From positions 17,792-81,791 of the forward strand of contig CAVQRP010000012.1 of NCBI GenBank assembly GCA_963715295.1: 64,000 nt of DNA, given 5' to 3'. Position numbers and translations under genes: made by a program. This DNA comes from an uncultured Chloroflexia bacterium (GTDB lineage Bacteria; Chloroflexota; Limnocylindria; Limnocylindrales; CSP1-4). This document shows positions 10,109-19,995 of the stretch, piece by piece (the first letter of the stretch is position 1; each line of letters starts with the position of its first letter). A model generated the notes under the pieces. It worked only from the letters and a program-made list of their open reading frames with translations, was not told the DNA's origin and ran no database searches.

Positions 10109-11362
10109 CTACGCGGGTTCTGTGCCGTTGATACCCAGCACGTAGCCGGCGCTGGTGAGCAGGTACAGCTCGAGCGCGTCGTCCTGCCCGAAGGAGACTA
10201 CCTGGCCCAGCTCAGGGGGCACGCGGCCGGCGGCCGGCGGCTGCGCCGTGCCGGCCATCAGCTGCGAGGCCGGCACGGCCCAGATGGTGCCGCTGCAGTA
10301 GTCGGCATAGAGGTACGTGCCTTGGGGCAGTGAGCCTGCCGTGCCGCGGTAGGCGTAGCCGCCGATGACGCTGCAGTGGCCGACGTCTCCGTCTACGTGT
10401 GGATAGGCCACGGCCGGGAGGATATGCGCCTCCGGGTCGCAGGGCTTGCCGTAGAAGCAGTCCGGTCCTTCCATCTCGCTCCAGCCGAAGGATGGTGTGG
10501 TCGCGTCGGGTCGCAGCACGTCGACCTCTTCCCACTCGCCCTGGCCGACGTCGCCGAGGTAGATGTCGCCGGTCTGCGAGTCGACGCTGAAACGCCACGC
10601 GTTGCGGAGACCGATCGCGTGCAGCTCCCGCCTGGCGCCCGGGTCGCTCGCGAAGCCGTTGTCGGGGGGCGTGGCATAGGGCCAGCCACGATCGACGTCG
10701 AGCCGCAGCAGCTTGCCCAGGAGGGAGGCTCGATCCTGCCCGTTGCCGAGCGGATCGTTGCCGGTGCTGCCATCGCCGATGGACGCCAGCAGCATGCCAG
10801 CGTGATCGAAGGCCAGCATGCCGGCCTTGTGCATGGTCGAGGGCTGCGCGATCGTGAGCAGTGCCCGCTCGGTGGCCTCGACTGCCCCCGGCTCCGCTGC
10901 CCTGCCGACAGGAGCGGTGAACTCGCTGATGGACGTGGCGCCATCCTCACGCCGCGAGTAGGTGACGAAGAAGCGGCCGTTCTGGGCGTAGGCAGGATGG
11001 AGCGCGAGGCCCAGCAGGCCACGCTCGTGGTGATGCAGGACACGATCACGGATGTCGAGCCAGGGCTGGTCGTGCACGACACCGTCTGGCGCCAGACGCA
11101 GGATGCGTCCGTCCTGCTCGACCACCAGGCGGTCACCGCTGCCGTCACCCGCCCCTGCCAGCAAGACAGGAGCATCGAAGCCTTCAGCTACCTGATCCAG
11201 CTGCAGGGAGAGCTCCAGCGGCCCACCGGATGAGGCGTCGTCGTCAGCGGTCACGTTCAGCAGGAGCAGCCCGGCGATAGCGGCCAGGCCGATGACGATG
11301 ATGCCGAGGTTCAGGATGGCCGAGGCGCCCACGCGCCGTGACCCCGGCTGTGTCGGCGTCAC
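10109..11362 (-). CDS. PQQ-dependent sugar dehydrogenase family beta-propeller (membrane-anchored/secreted)
   Basis: N-terminal TM segment. HERGLLGLALHP and IGLRNAWRFS are typical of the soluble glucose/sorbosone dehydrogenase family. Confidence 0.8.
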   Translation of the reverse strand: MTPTQPGSRRVGASAILNLGIIVIGLAAIAGLLLLNVTADDDASSGGPLELSLQLDQVAEGFDAPVLLAGAGDGSGDRLVVEQDGRILRLAPDGVVHDQPWLDIRDRVLHHHERGLLGLALHPAYAQNGRFFVTYSRREDGATSISEFTAPVGRAAEPGAVEATERALLTIAQPSTMHKAGMLAFDHAGMLLASIGDGSTGNDPLGNGQDRASLLGKLLRLDVDRGWPYATPPDNGFASDPGARRELHAIGLRNAWRFSVDSQTGDIYLGDVGQGEWEEVDVLRPDATTPSFGWSEMEGPDCFYGKPCDPEAHILPAVAYPHVDGDVGHCSVIGGYAYRGTAGSLPQGTYLYADYCSGTIWAVPASQLMAGTAQPPAAGRVPPELGQVVSFGQDDALELYLLTSAGYVLGINGTEPA

Positions 11363-12276
11363 GCGCCGGCTGCCGGAGACGCTCCTGGATCGGCATCTTC
11401 GGCGACTCCCGCGACGAGGCGCATCTCCAGCAAGGGCGCGGCCGAACCATCGGCAAGGACCAGGCGGGTGCTGGTGCGCTGCCAGAACACGACCTCATCG
11501 AGGATGCGCAGCAGACGCCGTTCCTGCCCGCGCGCATCGCCCTCGCAGGGCAAGCCAGTGGCCTCCACCGGCGCGACCACGACCTGGTCGCGGGTACTCG
11601 TATAGCGGCCCTCCAGCAGCCGGCAGCCGCTGCTGCCGAGCACGTTGCCATCCGCATCGAACGTGAGCTCGATGGGCCCGTCGGCGAGGGGCGTTGCCGG
11701 CTTGCCGTTGGCGCGCGTATAGCGCTCGACCACCCAGCTCCCGGTCAGACCCTGGTCACCGCCGCGGGCCAGCACGATGCGGACGTCGCCAGACGCGTCC
11801 AGCAGCTCCACGCCCAGCTCGGCAGGCCGCCAGCCGACGACGGCCTCCAGCGCGACGGAATAGCGCACAGCCTCTTCGGTCGTCTGGACGTCACACGGAT
11901 CGGGACCCTTGCTGATGATGCCCATGCCGAGGCGGTCCCCTTCGAGGGTGTAGCCGCCGAAGTAGTCCCCGCAGCCCGTCTCGCCTTCGAGGCGCCCACC
12001 GGGCAGCAGCACGGCCGTCAGCGTCACCCCCGGCGAGGGCTCCTCCAGTCCGTCGTCCCAGGCGTCGAAGGCGAGGACGTCCCAGGTGCCGGCCAGGGGC
12101 TCATCCACGATCGCGGACGACGGTACCGGGCTGGGCGATGGCGCCGGGTCGGCCGCTTGCGCCGCGGCCCCCACGTACGACCCAACGACCAGGCACAGGG
12201 CGACCGCGAGCGAGGTGAGATGACGCGCGAGGAGGAAAGATGACACGACGCGTTCAGGGTACCGCCGATAGGCCAT
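11359..12276 (-). CDS. Secreted protein with two META (HslJ-like) domains
   Basis: Signal peptide, then two copies of a G.W....(F/Y)......P.......(L/F)....G...G..GCN-like pattern (GETGCGDYFGGY and GSSGCRLLEGRY). It has a 4-nt overlap with the downstream dehydrogenase. Confidence 0.7.
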   Translation of the reverse strand: MAYRRYPERVVSSFLLARHLTSLAVALCLVVGSYVGAAAQAADPAPSPSPVPSSAIVDEPLAGTWDVLAFDAWDDGLEEPSPGVTLTAVLLPGGRLEGETGCGDYFGGYTLEGDRLGMGIISKGPDPCDVQTTEEAVRYSVALEAVVGWRPAELGVELLDASGDVRIVLARGGDQGLTGSWVVERYTRANGKPATPLADGPIELTFDADGNVLGSSGCRLLEGRYTSTRDQVVVAPVEATGLPCEGDARGQERRLLRILDEVVFWQRTSTRLVLADGSAAPLLEMRLVAGVAEDADPGASPAAGA

Positions 12277-12330
12277 CGGAGCAGACGCCCCGCCATGTCG
12301 GCCAGGCAGGCCGGTCGATCGGAGCCAGGA

Positions 12331-13245
12331 CTAGCCTGATCCAGCTTGTGGCTGGCGAGCATGCACGATGAGCACCGAGCACGGCGCATGATGGAGGACG
12401 TTGCGAGCCACGCTTCCCATGAGCAACCGGGTCAGACCAGTGCGGCCGTGCGTACCGACGATGACGAGGCCGGCAGCCATCGTCGTCGCGGTCGCCAGGA
12501 TCTCGGCCGCGGGGTCGCCATCGCGGCACTCCGGTCGCGCCCGTAGTCCGGCTTCCAGCAGAGCGTCCGCCATCTCGCGGGCGAGGTGCTCGTGCTGCCG
12601 CCGCGAGGGCTCGGCCAGGTGGGCATGGACCTCAGCTGCAGCCTCCTCCCCCACCATGCTGGGATCGAGCCACCACGATGGCTCGACGTCGGTGATGCTG
12701 ACGACGCGGATCTCCGACGCGCCGAAGATGTCCCACTCCAGCAGCAGCTCGGCTGCCTGTTCGGCGCCGGCAGATCCGTCCCAGGCGAAGACCACGTCGC
12801 CGATCGTCCGGCGACGTGCCACCAGGACCGGGATACGCGCCCGGTCGACCACCTCGGCCGAGACGGAGCCCAGGAGCATCGACTCGAGTGTGCCGTGACC
12901 GCGGCTGCCGACCACGATCAGGTCAGCTGCGGCATCGGTGGCGGTGGCGATGATGACGTCTGCGGCGCGCCCAGCGGCGGCCGACGACTCCACCGTGCGA
13001 CCCGGACCGCGCAGGCGCACCGTGGCCGCGTCGAGGTGCTTCTCCGCCTGTTCGCGAATGGCTCCGTCGAAGCTCGAGGTGTCGACGGGTGGGATGGGTG
13101 GCCACGGTCCACCGAACACGGCGACCCCGCTCGAGACCGCCTCGACCGCGTGGATCGTGGACGGTCTCGGCCAGTCGACCGAGGCCACCAGATCGATGGC
13201 GACGTCGGCACACTCGGAGCCGTCGGTGGCGACAAGGATGCGCAT
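12331..13245 (-). CDS. Universal stress protein, tandem USP domains
   Basis: MRILVATDGSECADVA... and a second domain ...VVFAWDGSAGAEQA...GTHGRTGLTRLLMGSVARNVLHHAPCSVLIV. Confidence 0.85.
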   Translation of the reverse strand: MRILVATDGSECADVAIDLVASVDWPRPSTIHAVEAVSSGVAVFGGPWPPIPPVDTSSFDGAIREQAEKHLDAATVRLRGPGRTVESSAAAGRAADVIIATATDAAADLIVVGSRGHGTLESMLLGSVSAEVVDRARIPVLVARRRTIGDVVFAWDGSAGAEQAAELLLEWDIFGASEIRVVSITDVEPSWWLDPSMVGEEAAAEVHAHLAEPSRRQHEHLAREMADALLEAGLRARPECRDGDPAAEILATATTMAAGLVIVGTHGRTGLTRLLMGSVARNVLHHAPCSVLIVHARQPQAGSG

Positions 13246-13299
13246 GTCGATCCCCCTCGATCGTGGCGAAGACCTGGAGGTCGTGCTGGACGGCTTGTA

Positions 13300-13818
13300 T
13301 CAGGGCTGGTAGCGCGGCGTCTCGTGCCAGCGGTCGGCAGCGAGGTCGGCATAGACGACCCCGAGCGCTTCCTCCCAGGCAGCTCGGTCGACGCGCACAG
13401 CATACGCATGGCTCCCGGCGTTGAAGCTGACCTCCGGTGCCGATGCCACGGCGAAGTCGGCGTAGGTCGGCAGTCCGAACAAGTCCCCGACGGCCGGCAT
13501 CGACCCGGGGTCGCACTCGGGCGCCAACTGCCTGATCTGGTCCTCTTCGACGAGGACCACCTTCTTCGACCTGAGGACCTCGCGCGCCTTGCGCAGATCG
13601 AGATGGTCCTCGGCGTCGACGATGACGAGGGCATCCTTGCTCTCTGCGGTGCGCACCCAGATGACCTTCCCGAACGTCTTGGGATCCACGCCTTCGGCCC
13701 GAGCCGTGGCCAGCGCCGTCAGGGCACGTTGGTGCTCATGGACCTCGTAGTCGATGTGCTTGTCGTCAAGCCAGCGCAGCAGGCTCCTCATCGGGCGCTT
13801 CACGACCGTGGTGCTCAT
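13300..13818 (-). CDS. YbaK/EbsC-like aminoacyl-tRNA deacylase domain protein
   Basis: 172 aa whose pattern (...EHQRALTALATARAEGVDPKTFGKV...DLRKAREVL...PGSMPAVGDLFGLP) fits the YbaK/ProRS-associated domain. Confidence 0.75.
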   Translation of the reverse strand: MSTTVVKRPMRSLLRWLDDKHIDYEVHEHQRALTALATARAEGVDPKTFGKVIWVRTAESKDALVIVDAEDHLDLRKAREVLRSKKVVLVEEDQIRQLAPECDPGSMPAVGDLFGLPTYADFAVASAPEVSFNAGSHAYAVRVDRAAWEEALGVVYADLAADRWHETPRYQP

Positions 13819-13952
13819 CGTGGACCTCCTTCAGCGGGCACGTCCGACCACGACTCATGAGACACCATCCTGACCGCGACCGCTAGCGCCGTCGGGCGGA
13901 TTCGGAAGGGCCATTTGTCGCGTTCCTAGGGGGGCGCGTGTCATCGCGACCC

Positions 13953-13975
13953 GGGGCGGCAGATCCGACCGCCCC
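13953..13975 (-). terminator. GC-rich hairpin just downstream of the protease stop
   Basis: GGGGCGG-n9-CCGCCCC stem-loop 9 nt after the stop. There is no U tract, so the assignment is weak. Confidence 0.3.
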
Positions 13976-13983
13976 AGGCAGGA

Positions 13984-16281
13984 TCAGTCGTGCGTCGCTG
14001 GTGAGGGCTCTGGCGTGGTCGGTGGCGACGACTGGCCGACCTCGCCCGGGTTGGGCGACGGCAAGCCGGCCGGTCGGGGTTCGGCGTTCGCGCTCGACGC
14101 GGCAGGCGTCACCGAAGACGGGGACGGTCGATCCTTGCCTTGGCGGGGCAAGCCCGCCGCGCTCGCCTCGGGCTGCCGCGAGCTGCCTGCCTCAGATGCA
14201 ACGGCGTCGACCGGGATGAACATGACCACGTCGAAGGCGACCCGCCTGCCGCTGCCGGCTGGCTCTCTCGTCATGTCTGTCAGGCGCACCAGACCGATGG
14301 TCCCCAGCTGGTGGACGCCGAGGCTGACCAGGTCCCCCTGGTGCCGGCGCTGGTTGACGCGCCGCGTGACGAAGCCCTCGGCAGTCCGGATCTTGTAGCG
14401 AGCCGATCGAGTCGTCGAGTCATTCCTGGGGACCTTGACCAGGACCCGATAGCTCCCAGGTGCATCCAGGGTGACCTTCCATACTCCGGTACGGCTGACG
14501 CTGCCAGAGCGGGTCGACGTCCAGTAGTGATGGCGCTGGTAGCCGCTTCGCACCGACCGCCAGCCGGTCCCCTTGCGGGAGAAGCCAGCCGACCGGTCAT
14601 CGACGATCTTCTTGGTGGTGACAGCCGGACCGGGAACCGGGCTGGGCGTGGGCGTTGGCGTGGGCGTGGGCGTTGGCGTGGGTGTGGGCGTTGGCGTTGG
14701 CGTGGGTGTCGGCGTTGGCGTTGGTGTGGGCGTTGGTGTGGGTGTGGGCGTGGGCGTGGGCGTTGGCCCTCCAGGAGCACAGCGTTGCGCCATCGTGCCG
14801 ACGTGAAGTCGGCCACCGGTGAGCGTCGAGCCAGACATCGAGCCGGTAGGGATGACACTGCCCAGCAGCAGATCGCGCAGCCCCGACGCAGTCAGGCTCG
14901 GATCAAGGCTGGCGCACAGCGCGATCGCACCGGTGACGTGAGGAGTGGCCATGCTGGTTCCGCTGTAGTAGGCATAGCCGCTGCCGCTGCCGGTCGGGAC
15001 CGTGCTGTAGATGCTGGACCCGGGAGCGCCGAGGTCGACGCTCGTCGAACCGTAGTTGGAGAATGAAGAGCGGGCGCCCGATGCCGTGGTGCTAGCGACC
15101 GAGACGATGCAATCCCACCCACGGGGCGATCCGTTGGCACGCGTCACGCAGCGGTAGTTCGCCGGGTAGTGGGGCACGGCCTCGTTGTTCGTGCCGTCGT
15201 TGCCGGCGGCGGCCACGAACAGGATCCCGGCGTCACCGCCCCGGTTGATGGCGTCGAGCAGCGACTGGCTGTAGCCGGCTCCGCCCCAGCTGTTGTTGCT
15301 GACGACGATGTTCAGCCCGTGACGCAGCTTCAGGTCGGTCAGGTAGTCGAGCGCTCGAATGGCGTCGTAGGAGGAGCCGGAACCCGAAGACAGGAACTTG
15401 CTGACGATCATCGACACGCGCCAGTTCACACCGGCGACACCGGTGCCGTTGCCGCCGCGGGCACCGACGGTGCCGGCGACGTGGGTGCCGTGGTCGTCGT
15501 TGATGCCGTCGAAGGTGCTGTTGTCATCGTTGGCGAAGTCCCAACCGTGGACGTCGTCGACATAGCCGTTGCCATCGTTGTCGATACCGTCGACGGGGTC
15601 GTAGGGGTTGGTCCAGATATTGGCGGCCAGATCGGGGTGTGCATCCTGGACACCCGAGTCGACGATGCCGACATGGACGTCCAGCGAACCCACCGCTCCT
15701 GCCGCCCAGGCCTCGCCGGCACCGGAACCGTAGGGATTGCGGGGGTTCGTGTCGGCGCCGTACAGGCCCCAGAGGCGACCGTCCAGGTAGGAGGGATCGT
15801 CCGAGACCTGCTGCTGGGTCAGGATGTAGTCGGGCTCGGCGTAGCGGACCGAAGATCGTTTCTCGATCTGCTTGATGGCGTCTTCGACGGCCATTCCCTG
15901 CGGCAGCTTTACCCTGACGGTGTCTGCGCCGAGCGGCGAGACCCGGGATGACGAGGTCGCCCGCACCGACGCCACGGCCTGTCCCTTGACCTGGCTCGAG
16001 GCGCCACGCTTGAAGCCGACCATCACGTAGCCGTCAGCGTACGGTGCCGCTCCCTGGCCGTTGGGCGAACCCGAGCGCGCGACGGTCGCAGGCACGACAG
16101 CGGTTGCCACGAGTCCCGCACCGACGATGATGGCCAGCACCTTGAGGCCCCCGCGGGAGCGAGACAGCAGGCGTCGCCGCCGGGGGTGCGGAGACGGCAT
16201 CAGCAGCCCGGAGCGACCGGCGTCGATGTCTGAGCGTGGCGGTACATCATCGGCAGCGTAGCCAGCGGATCCTCGTAGCAC
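13984..16281 (-). CDS. Secreted subtilisin-like (S8) serine protease with Pro-Thr linker and C-terminal beta-rich domain
   Basis: Catalytic triad contexts are GIVDSGV (Asp), [13 protein letters not shown] (His) and [12 protein letters not shown] (Ser). An Arg-rich signal peptide is present. The alternative start [12 protein letters not shown] is at 16200. Confidence 0.9.
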   Translation of the reverse strand: MLRGSAGYAADDVPPRSDIDAGRSGLLMPSPHPRRRRLLSRSRGGLKVLAIIVGAGLVATAVVPATVARSGSPNGQGAAPYADGYVMVGFKRGASSQVKGQAVASVRATSSSRVSPLGADTVRVKLPQGMAVEDAIKQIEKRSSVRYAEPDYILTQQQVSDDPSYLDGRLWGLYGADTNPRNPYGSGAGEAWAAGAVGSLDVHVGIVDSGVQDAHPDLAANIWTNPYDPVDGIDNDGNGYVDDVHGWDFANDDNSTFDGINDDHGTHVAGTVGARGGNGTGVAGVNWRVSMIVSKFLSSGSGSSYDAIRALDYLTDLKLRHGLNIVVSNNSWGGAGYSQSLLDAINRGGDAGILFVAAAGNDGTNNEAVPHYPANYRCVTRANGSPRGWDCIVSVASTTASGARSSFSNYGSTSVDLGAPGSSIYSTVPTGSGSGYAYYSGTSMATPHVTGAIALCASLDPSLTASGLRDLLLGSVIPTGSMSGSTLTGGRLHVGTMAQRCAPGGPTPTPTPTPTPTPTPTPTPTPTPTPTPTPTPTPTPTPTPTPSPVPGPAVTTKKIVDDRSAGFSRKGTGWRSVRSGYQRHHYWTSTRSGSVSRTGVWKVTLDAPGSYRVLVKVPRNDSTTRSARYKIRTAEGFVTRRVNQRRHQGDLVSLGVHQLGTIGLVRLTDMTREPAGSGRRVAFDVVMFIPVDAVASEAGSSRQPEASAAGLPRQGKDRPSPSSVTPAASSANAEPRPAGLPSPNPGEVGQSSPPTTPEPSPATHD
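14647..14766 (-). repeat. Coding hexanucleotide repeat, about 20 x (Pro-Thr) linker inside the protease
   Basis: Plus strand reads (GGYGTKGG)n with 6-nt periodicity. It translates on the minus strand to PTPTPT... Confidence 0.9.
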
Positions 16282-16578
16282 AGCAGGACCTTCGACTCAG
16301 GCCCCGTCGCCGAATGCGGCCGATCGGCGCTGGTCGGCAGATGACGGCCAGCCGATCGGGATGATGGATGAACCACGATCGATCGGGACCGAGATGGCCA
16401 GCTCGTCGCCATGCTTGAGGAGGCCGAGCTGGTTGCTGCCGAGCCGTCGCGGCCGACCCCAGGATGCGGCATGCCAGACGGGCGTTGCGCGCGAAGGACC
16501 CGAGGGCCGGCGCGCTACGCTGTGGCGGCCGTCAGTGCCGCTGGTAACCCGGCTCCCCACCCGTATCCGGAGAAGACC

Positions 16579-16911
16579 ATGGCGTACGACGAATCGCTGG
16601 CCGAACGCATCCGATCCCTGCTGGCCGTGCGCGACGATGTACGCGAGCAGAGGATGTTCGGCGGCCTGGCCTTCATGGTCGTCGACAAGATGGCGGTCGG
16701 GATCGTCGGCAACGACCTCATGGTCCGGGTCGGACGAGATGCTTACGACGACGCGCTGTCGCAGCCACACACGCGCCCGATGGACTTCACGGGACGCCCG
16801 TCACGGGGGATGGTGTATGTCGACCCCCACGGCGTTGGAGACGACGCCGATCTGGCACGTTGGGTCGAGATCGGCACGGCCTACGCCGTATCGCAGTCGA
16901 CGGCGAGATAG
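16579..16911 (+). CDS. TfoX N-terminal domain protein
   Basis: Internal ATG of ORF 16411..16911. MAYDESLAERIRSLL...RMFGGLAFMVVDKMAVGIV is typical of TfoX_N. Confidence 0.8.
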   Translation: MAYDESLAERIRSLLAVRDDVREQRMFGGLAFMVVDKMAVGIVGNDLMVRVGRDAYDDALSQPHTRPMDFTGRPSRGMVYVDPHGVGDDADLARWVEIGTAYAVSQSTAR

Positions 16912-17115
16912 GCTGCCTCACGACGTGTGGCCTGGCAGACCATCCAGGGCCGGCGTCGTGCTCGTCGACACCCTCCTCGCTCGTGGGACCTCCGAGCGCA
17001 TCAGCGCGGCTACGTGTCCGACGCGAGCGTCCCACCGGGCGTCAGCACCAGGACGACGAAAGAGCCGAGAGACGAGGGCTGATCCTCGCACTCCCGACTC
17101 CTGTTGAGGTCGCGG

Positions 17116-17192
17116 TGGTGGGCGATACTGGATTCGAACCAGTGACCTCGCGGATGTGAACCGCGCGCTCTAACCGACTGAGCCAATCGCCC
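17116..17192 (-). tRNA. tRNA-Val (anticodon CAC), CCA encoded
   Basis: Reverse complement is GGGCGAT-TG-GCTC-AGTCGGTTA-GAGC-G-CGCGG-TTCACAT-CCGCG-AGGTC-ACTGG-TTCGAAT-CCAGT-ATCGCCC-A-CCA. This gives a full cloverleaf of 77 nt. Confidence 0.95.
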
Positions 17193-17230
17193 GTTGGCCC
17201 AGAGTATAGCCCGCCGCTGCCGCAGCGCGG

Positions 17231-17521
17231 TCAGACAGCGCTCACCAGGACCCCGGGCCAGCGTGCCTCCAGCATGGGCGGGTCGCAGCCATCGATACGC
17301 AGGCGCTTGATCCGACTGCCCGCACCCGACTCGATGGCGACCGAGCCCTTGGGCATCCCCAGCCCCTTGGCCAACAGCTTGATGACGGCCCGGTTGGCAG
17401 CGCCATCAGCCGGAGCGGCCGTCACTCGCACGCGCAGCCGGCCCTGCGCGTCGGCACCTTCGATGGCGTCACGATCGGACCGCGGCGTCACGCGGATGGC
17501 GATGACGACGGCCGCCGTCAC
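17231..17521 (-). CDS. DUF167 (YggU-like) protein
   Basis: 96 aa with ...RVTAAPADGAANRAVIKLLAKGLGMPKGSV... It has a 4-nt overlap with yggT. Confidence 0.85.
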   Translation of the reverse strand: MTAAVVIAIRVTPRSDRDAIEGADAQGRLRVRVTAAPADGAANRAVIKLLAKGLGMPKGSVAIESGAGSRIKRLRIDGCDPPMLEARWPGVLVSAV

Positions 17522-17769
17522 AGGTACAGGATGACGCGCATGAGGAGCCCCAGCCCGATCAGCAGCACCAGCGGGGAGAAGTCGAACGTGCCCGTCTTGG
17601 GCAGGACGTTACGGATGGGCGCGAGGAAGGGCTCGGTGAGGCTGAACAGGAACTGGCCGATGGGTTTCTCGAAGCGCGGGTCGATCCAACTCATGAGCAC
17701 CCGCCCCAGCACCACCAGCCAGGCGGTCACCACGAGCGACTGCAGCAGGACGGTGACGAAACCCGCCAT
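17518..17769 (-). CDS. YggT family membrane protein
   Basis: Internal ATG (MAGFVTVLLQSL...) of ORF 17518..18243. Product is 83 aa with 2 TM. A TGATG overlap links it to yggS. Confidence 0.85.
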   Translation of the reverse strand: MAGFVTVLLQSLVVTAWLVVLGRVLMSWIDPRFEKPIGQFLFSLTEPFLAPIRNVLPKTGTFDFSPLVLLIGLGLLMRVILYL

Positions 17770-18419
17770 CAGGCACGCTCCCCGAAGAGCGCGCGCCCAA
17801 CGCGAACCAACGTGCTGCCCTCCTCGAGGGCGACCTCGTAGTCGTCGCTCATGCCCATCGACAGGCCCGGTCCAAGGCGCGGGTGGCTGGCCCGTAGACG
17901 CTCGGAAAGCTCGCGCAGCCGGGCGAACGTCGGGCGTGCTTCGCCAGCGCCACCCGTCAGCCAGCCCACGGTCATCAGGCCGCGCACCTGGAGGTTGGGC
18001 AGTCCCAGCAGCCCGTCCAGCTCGCCCGCGAGGTCGTCCGGGACGAAGCCGGCCTTGGCCGGATCGGCATCCACGTTCACCTGGAGGTAGATGGGCAGGG
18101 GGACGCCCGGCCGATCCCCGGCCACGCCCACCAGACGGTCCAGCCGCGTCGCCAGCGCCACCGAATCGACCGACTCGATGGCATCGAACAGCTCGATCGC
18201 CTTGGCCGCCTTGTTCTTCTGCAGGTGGCCGACGAGATGCCACGTGGCCGGCGCGAGCGCGGGGATCTTGGCGGCCGCCTCCTGCACGCGGTTCTCGCCC
18301 AGCAGCTCGTGACCGGCTGCCTGAGCCAGCCGCAGCCGCTCTACGGGGACGGTCTTGGAGATGGCGACCAGCGCGGCCGCGTCGGGTGGGCGCCCGGCGC
18401 GGACACAGGCCGCCGCCAT
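17769..18419 (-). CDS. YggS-family pyridoxal-phosphate homeostasis protein (conserved N-terminus may extend to about 18494)
   Basis: AISKTVPVE (PLP lysine) and LGENRVQE. The upstream in-frame sequence continues YggS-like but has no ATG/GTG/TTG. Confidence 0.85.
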   Translation of the reverse strand: MAAACVRAGRPPDAAALVAISKTVPVERLRLAQAAGHELLGENRVQEAAAKIPALAPATWHLVGHLQKNKAAKAIELFDAIESVDSVALATRLDRLVGVAGDRPGVPLPIYLQVNVDADPAKAGFVPDDLAGELDGLLGLPNLQVRGLMTVGWLTGGAGEARPTFARLRELSERLRASHPRLGPGLSMGMSDDYEVALEEGSTLVRVGRALFGERA

Positions 18420-18506
18420 GCGCTCGAGGACCTCGGCGCGGGCAGCGGCCAGTTCGGTGACGACCTGCTCTTCGGGCAGGCTGCGATCAGTGATCGGCGG
18501 GGTAGC

Positions 18507-19718
18507 TCAGCGACTGCGGCGGAGGAACGCGGGGATGTCCAGGTCCTCCTCCTTGGTGGCTGGACGGGAGCCGCCGGCCGGGACAGCCTCGCCGCTGGAC
18601 ACCGGCACCGCCACGGCCTGGCGAGCCTCGGTCCCGGTCTCAGCCTGGTCGCCGGCAGCCGTACGCTGACGGGCAAGCTCCTGCATGAAGTCGCGGTTCT
18701 CCAGGCCCGCCTGGACGCCACCGCTGATGTCGGCCTCCGCCTCGGCGCCGGGATAGACGTTCTGGCGGTTGTGGTCGAAGCCGGTGGCGATGACGGTGAT
18801 CTGCAGATCGTCGCCCATGCGCTCGTCGATGACGGTGCCGAAGATGATGTTCGCCTCCGGGTCGGCCATCTCCTTGATGATCTCGGCCGCCTCGTCGACT
18901 TCGAAGAGGCCCAGGTTGGGGCCGCCGGTGACGTTGAAGAGCACGCCCTGGGCGCCGCTGATGCTGACCTCCAGGAGCGGGCTGCTGATGGCCTCGCGGG
19001 CGGCTTCCGCGGCACGGTCGGGACCGCTGGCACGGCCGATACCCATGAGGGCAGAGCCGGCCGAGCGCATGACGGCGCGTACATCGGCGAAGTCGAGATT
19101 GATGAGGCCGGGCACGGTGATGAGGTCGCTGATGCCCTGGACACCCTGGCGCAGCACGTCATCGACGACACGGAAAGCGTCGACGATGGAGGTCTCGGCG
19201 GTGACGACTTCCTTCAGGCGGTCGTTGGGGATGGTGATGAGCGTGTCGACCTTGTCACGCAGGAGCTCGGCCGACTTCTCGGCGTTGAGGCGGCGACGGG
19301 CGCCTTCCCAGGTGAACGGCTTGGTCACCACGCCGATGGTCAGGGCACCCATGTCGCGCGCGATCTCGGCGATGACGGGTGCGGCACCCGACCCGGTCCC
19401 ACCACCCATGCCGGCGGTGATGAAGACCATGTCGGAGTCACGGAGGGCGTCGGCGATCTTCTCGGAGTCTTCCTCGGCGGCACGCTGCCCGATCGAGGGG
19501 TCTCCACCCGCACCGAGGCCGCGCGTGATCTTGTCGCCCACGCGGATCTTGTTGGGCGCATCCGACTGCAGCAGCGCCTGGGCGTCGGTGTTGACGGCGA
19601 TGAACTCCACGCCCATCAGCTCGGCCCGGATCATGCGGTTGACGGCATTGCTGCCTCCACCGCCGACACCGATGACACGGATGAGAGCGAAGTTCTCTGA
19701 GTCGGAACGCAACGGCAT
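18507..19718 (-). CDS. ftsZ: Cell division protein FtsZ
   Basis: [13 protein letters not shown], the tubulin signature [11 protein letters not shown], and the C-terminal peptide [10 protein letters not shown]. The ATG at 19718 is preceded by a GGAGGG SD. Confidence 0.95.
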   Translation of the reverse strand: MPLRSDSENFALIRVIGVGGGGSNAVNRMIRAELMGVEFIAVNTDAQALLQSDAPNKIRVGDKITRGLGAGGDPSIGQRAAEEDSEKIADALRDSDMVFITAGMGGGTGSGAAPVIAEIARDMGALTIGVVTKPFTWEGARRRLNAEKSAELLRDKVDTLITIPNDRLKEVVTAETSIVDAFRVVDDVLRQGVQGISDLITVPGLINLDFADVRAVMRSAGSALMGIGRASGPDRAAEAAREAISSPLLEVSISGAQGVLFNVTGGPNLGLFEVDEAAEIIKEMADPEANIIFGTVIDERMGDDLQITVIATGFDHNRQNVYPGAEAEADISGGVQAGLENRDFMQELARQRTAAGDQAETGTEARQAVAVPVSSGEAVPAGGSRPATKEEDLDIPAFLRRSR

Positions 19719-19995
19719 GTGAGTGATCCCTCCAGATCGCGCACCAAGCATCCACAGCCCGTCGGGCCGCCCGAACACGGTCTGGGCGAACTCCTGGGAC
19801 CACCTGGTCGTCGGGCGAGTATATCCTCGCTGCCGCTGTCAGGGATAGTGGCCAGTCGGGCTCTCATGCGTGCATCTGGCGCCTATCTGGCGCCTTTGGT
19901 CAACGGCTGAGCCGCGACCCGGTACCACTCGACCCTGAGCCGCGGTCAGCGGGCTCACGCCGCGGCACGATACGCCGCTGCGCAGGATGGGACGG

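Noticed and set aside
14647-14766. Non-coding microsatellite/VNTR.
   Set aside because: It lies inside the protease ORF in frame and encodes a Pro-Thr interdomain linker.
17116-17192. tRNA-Val as an integration hotspot flanking a genomic island.
   Set aside because: Both flanks are housekeeping or ordinary genes. I saw no integrase, no direct repeat of the tRNA 3' end, and no obvious compositional break.
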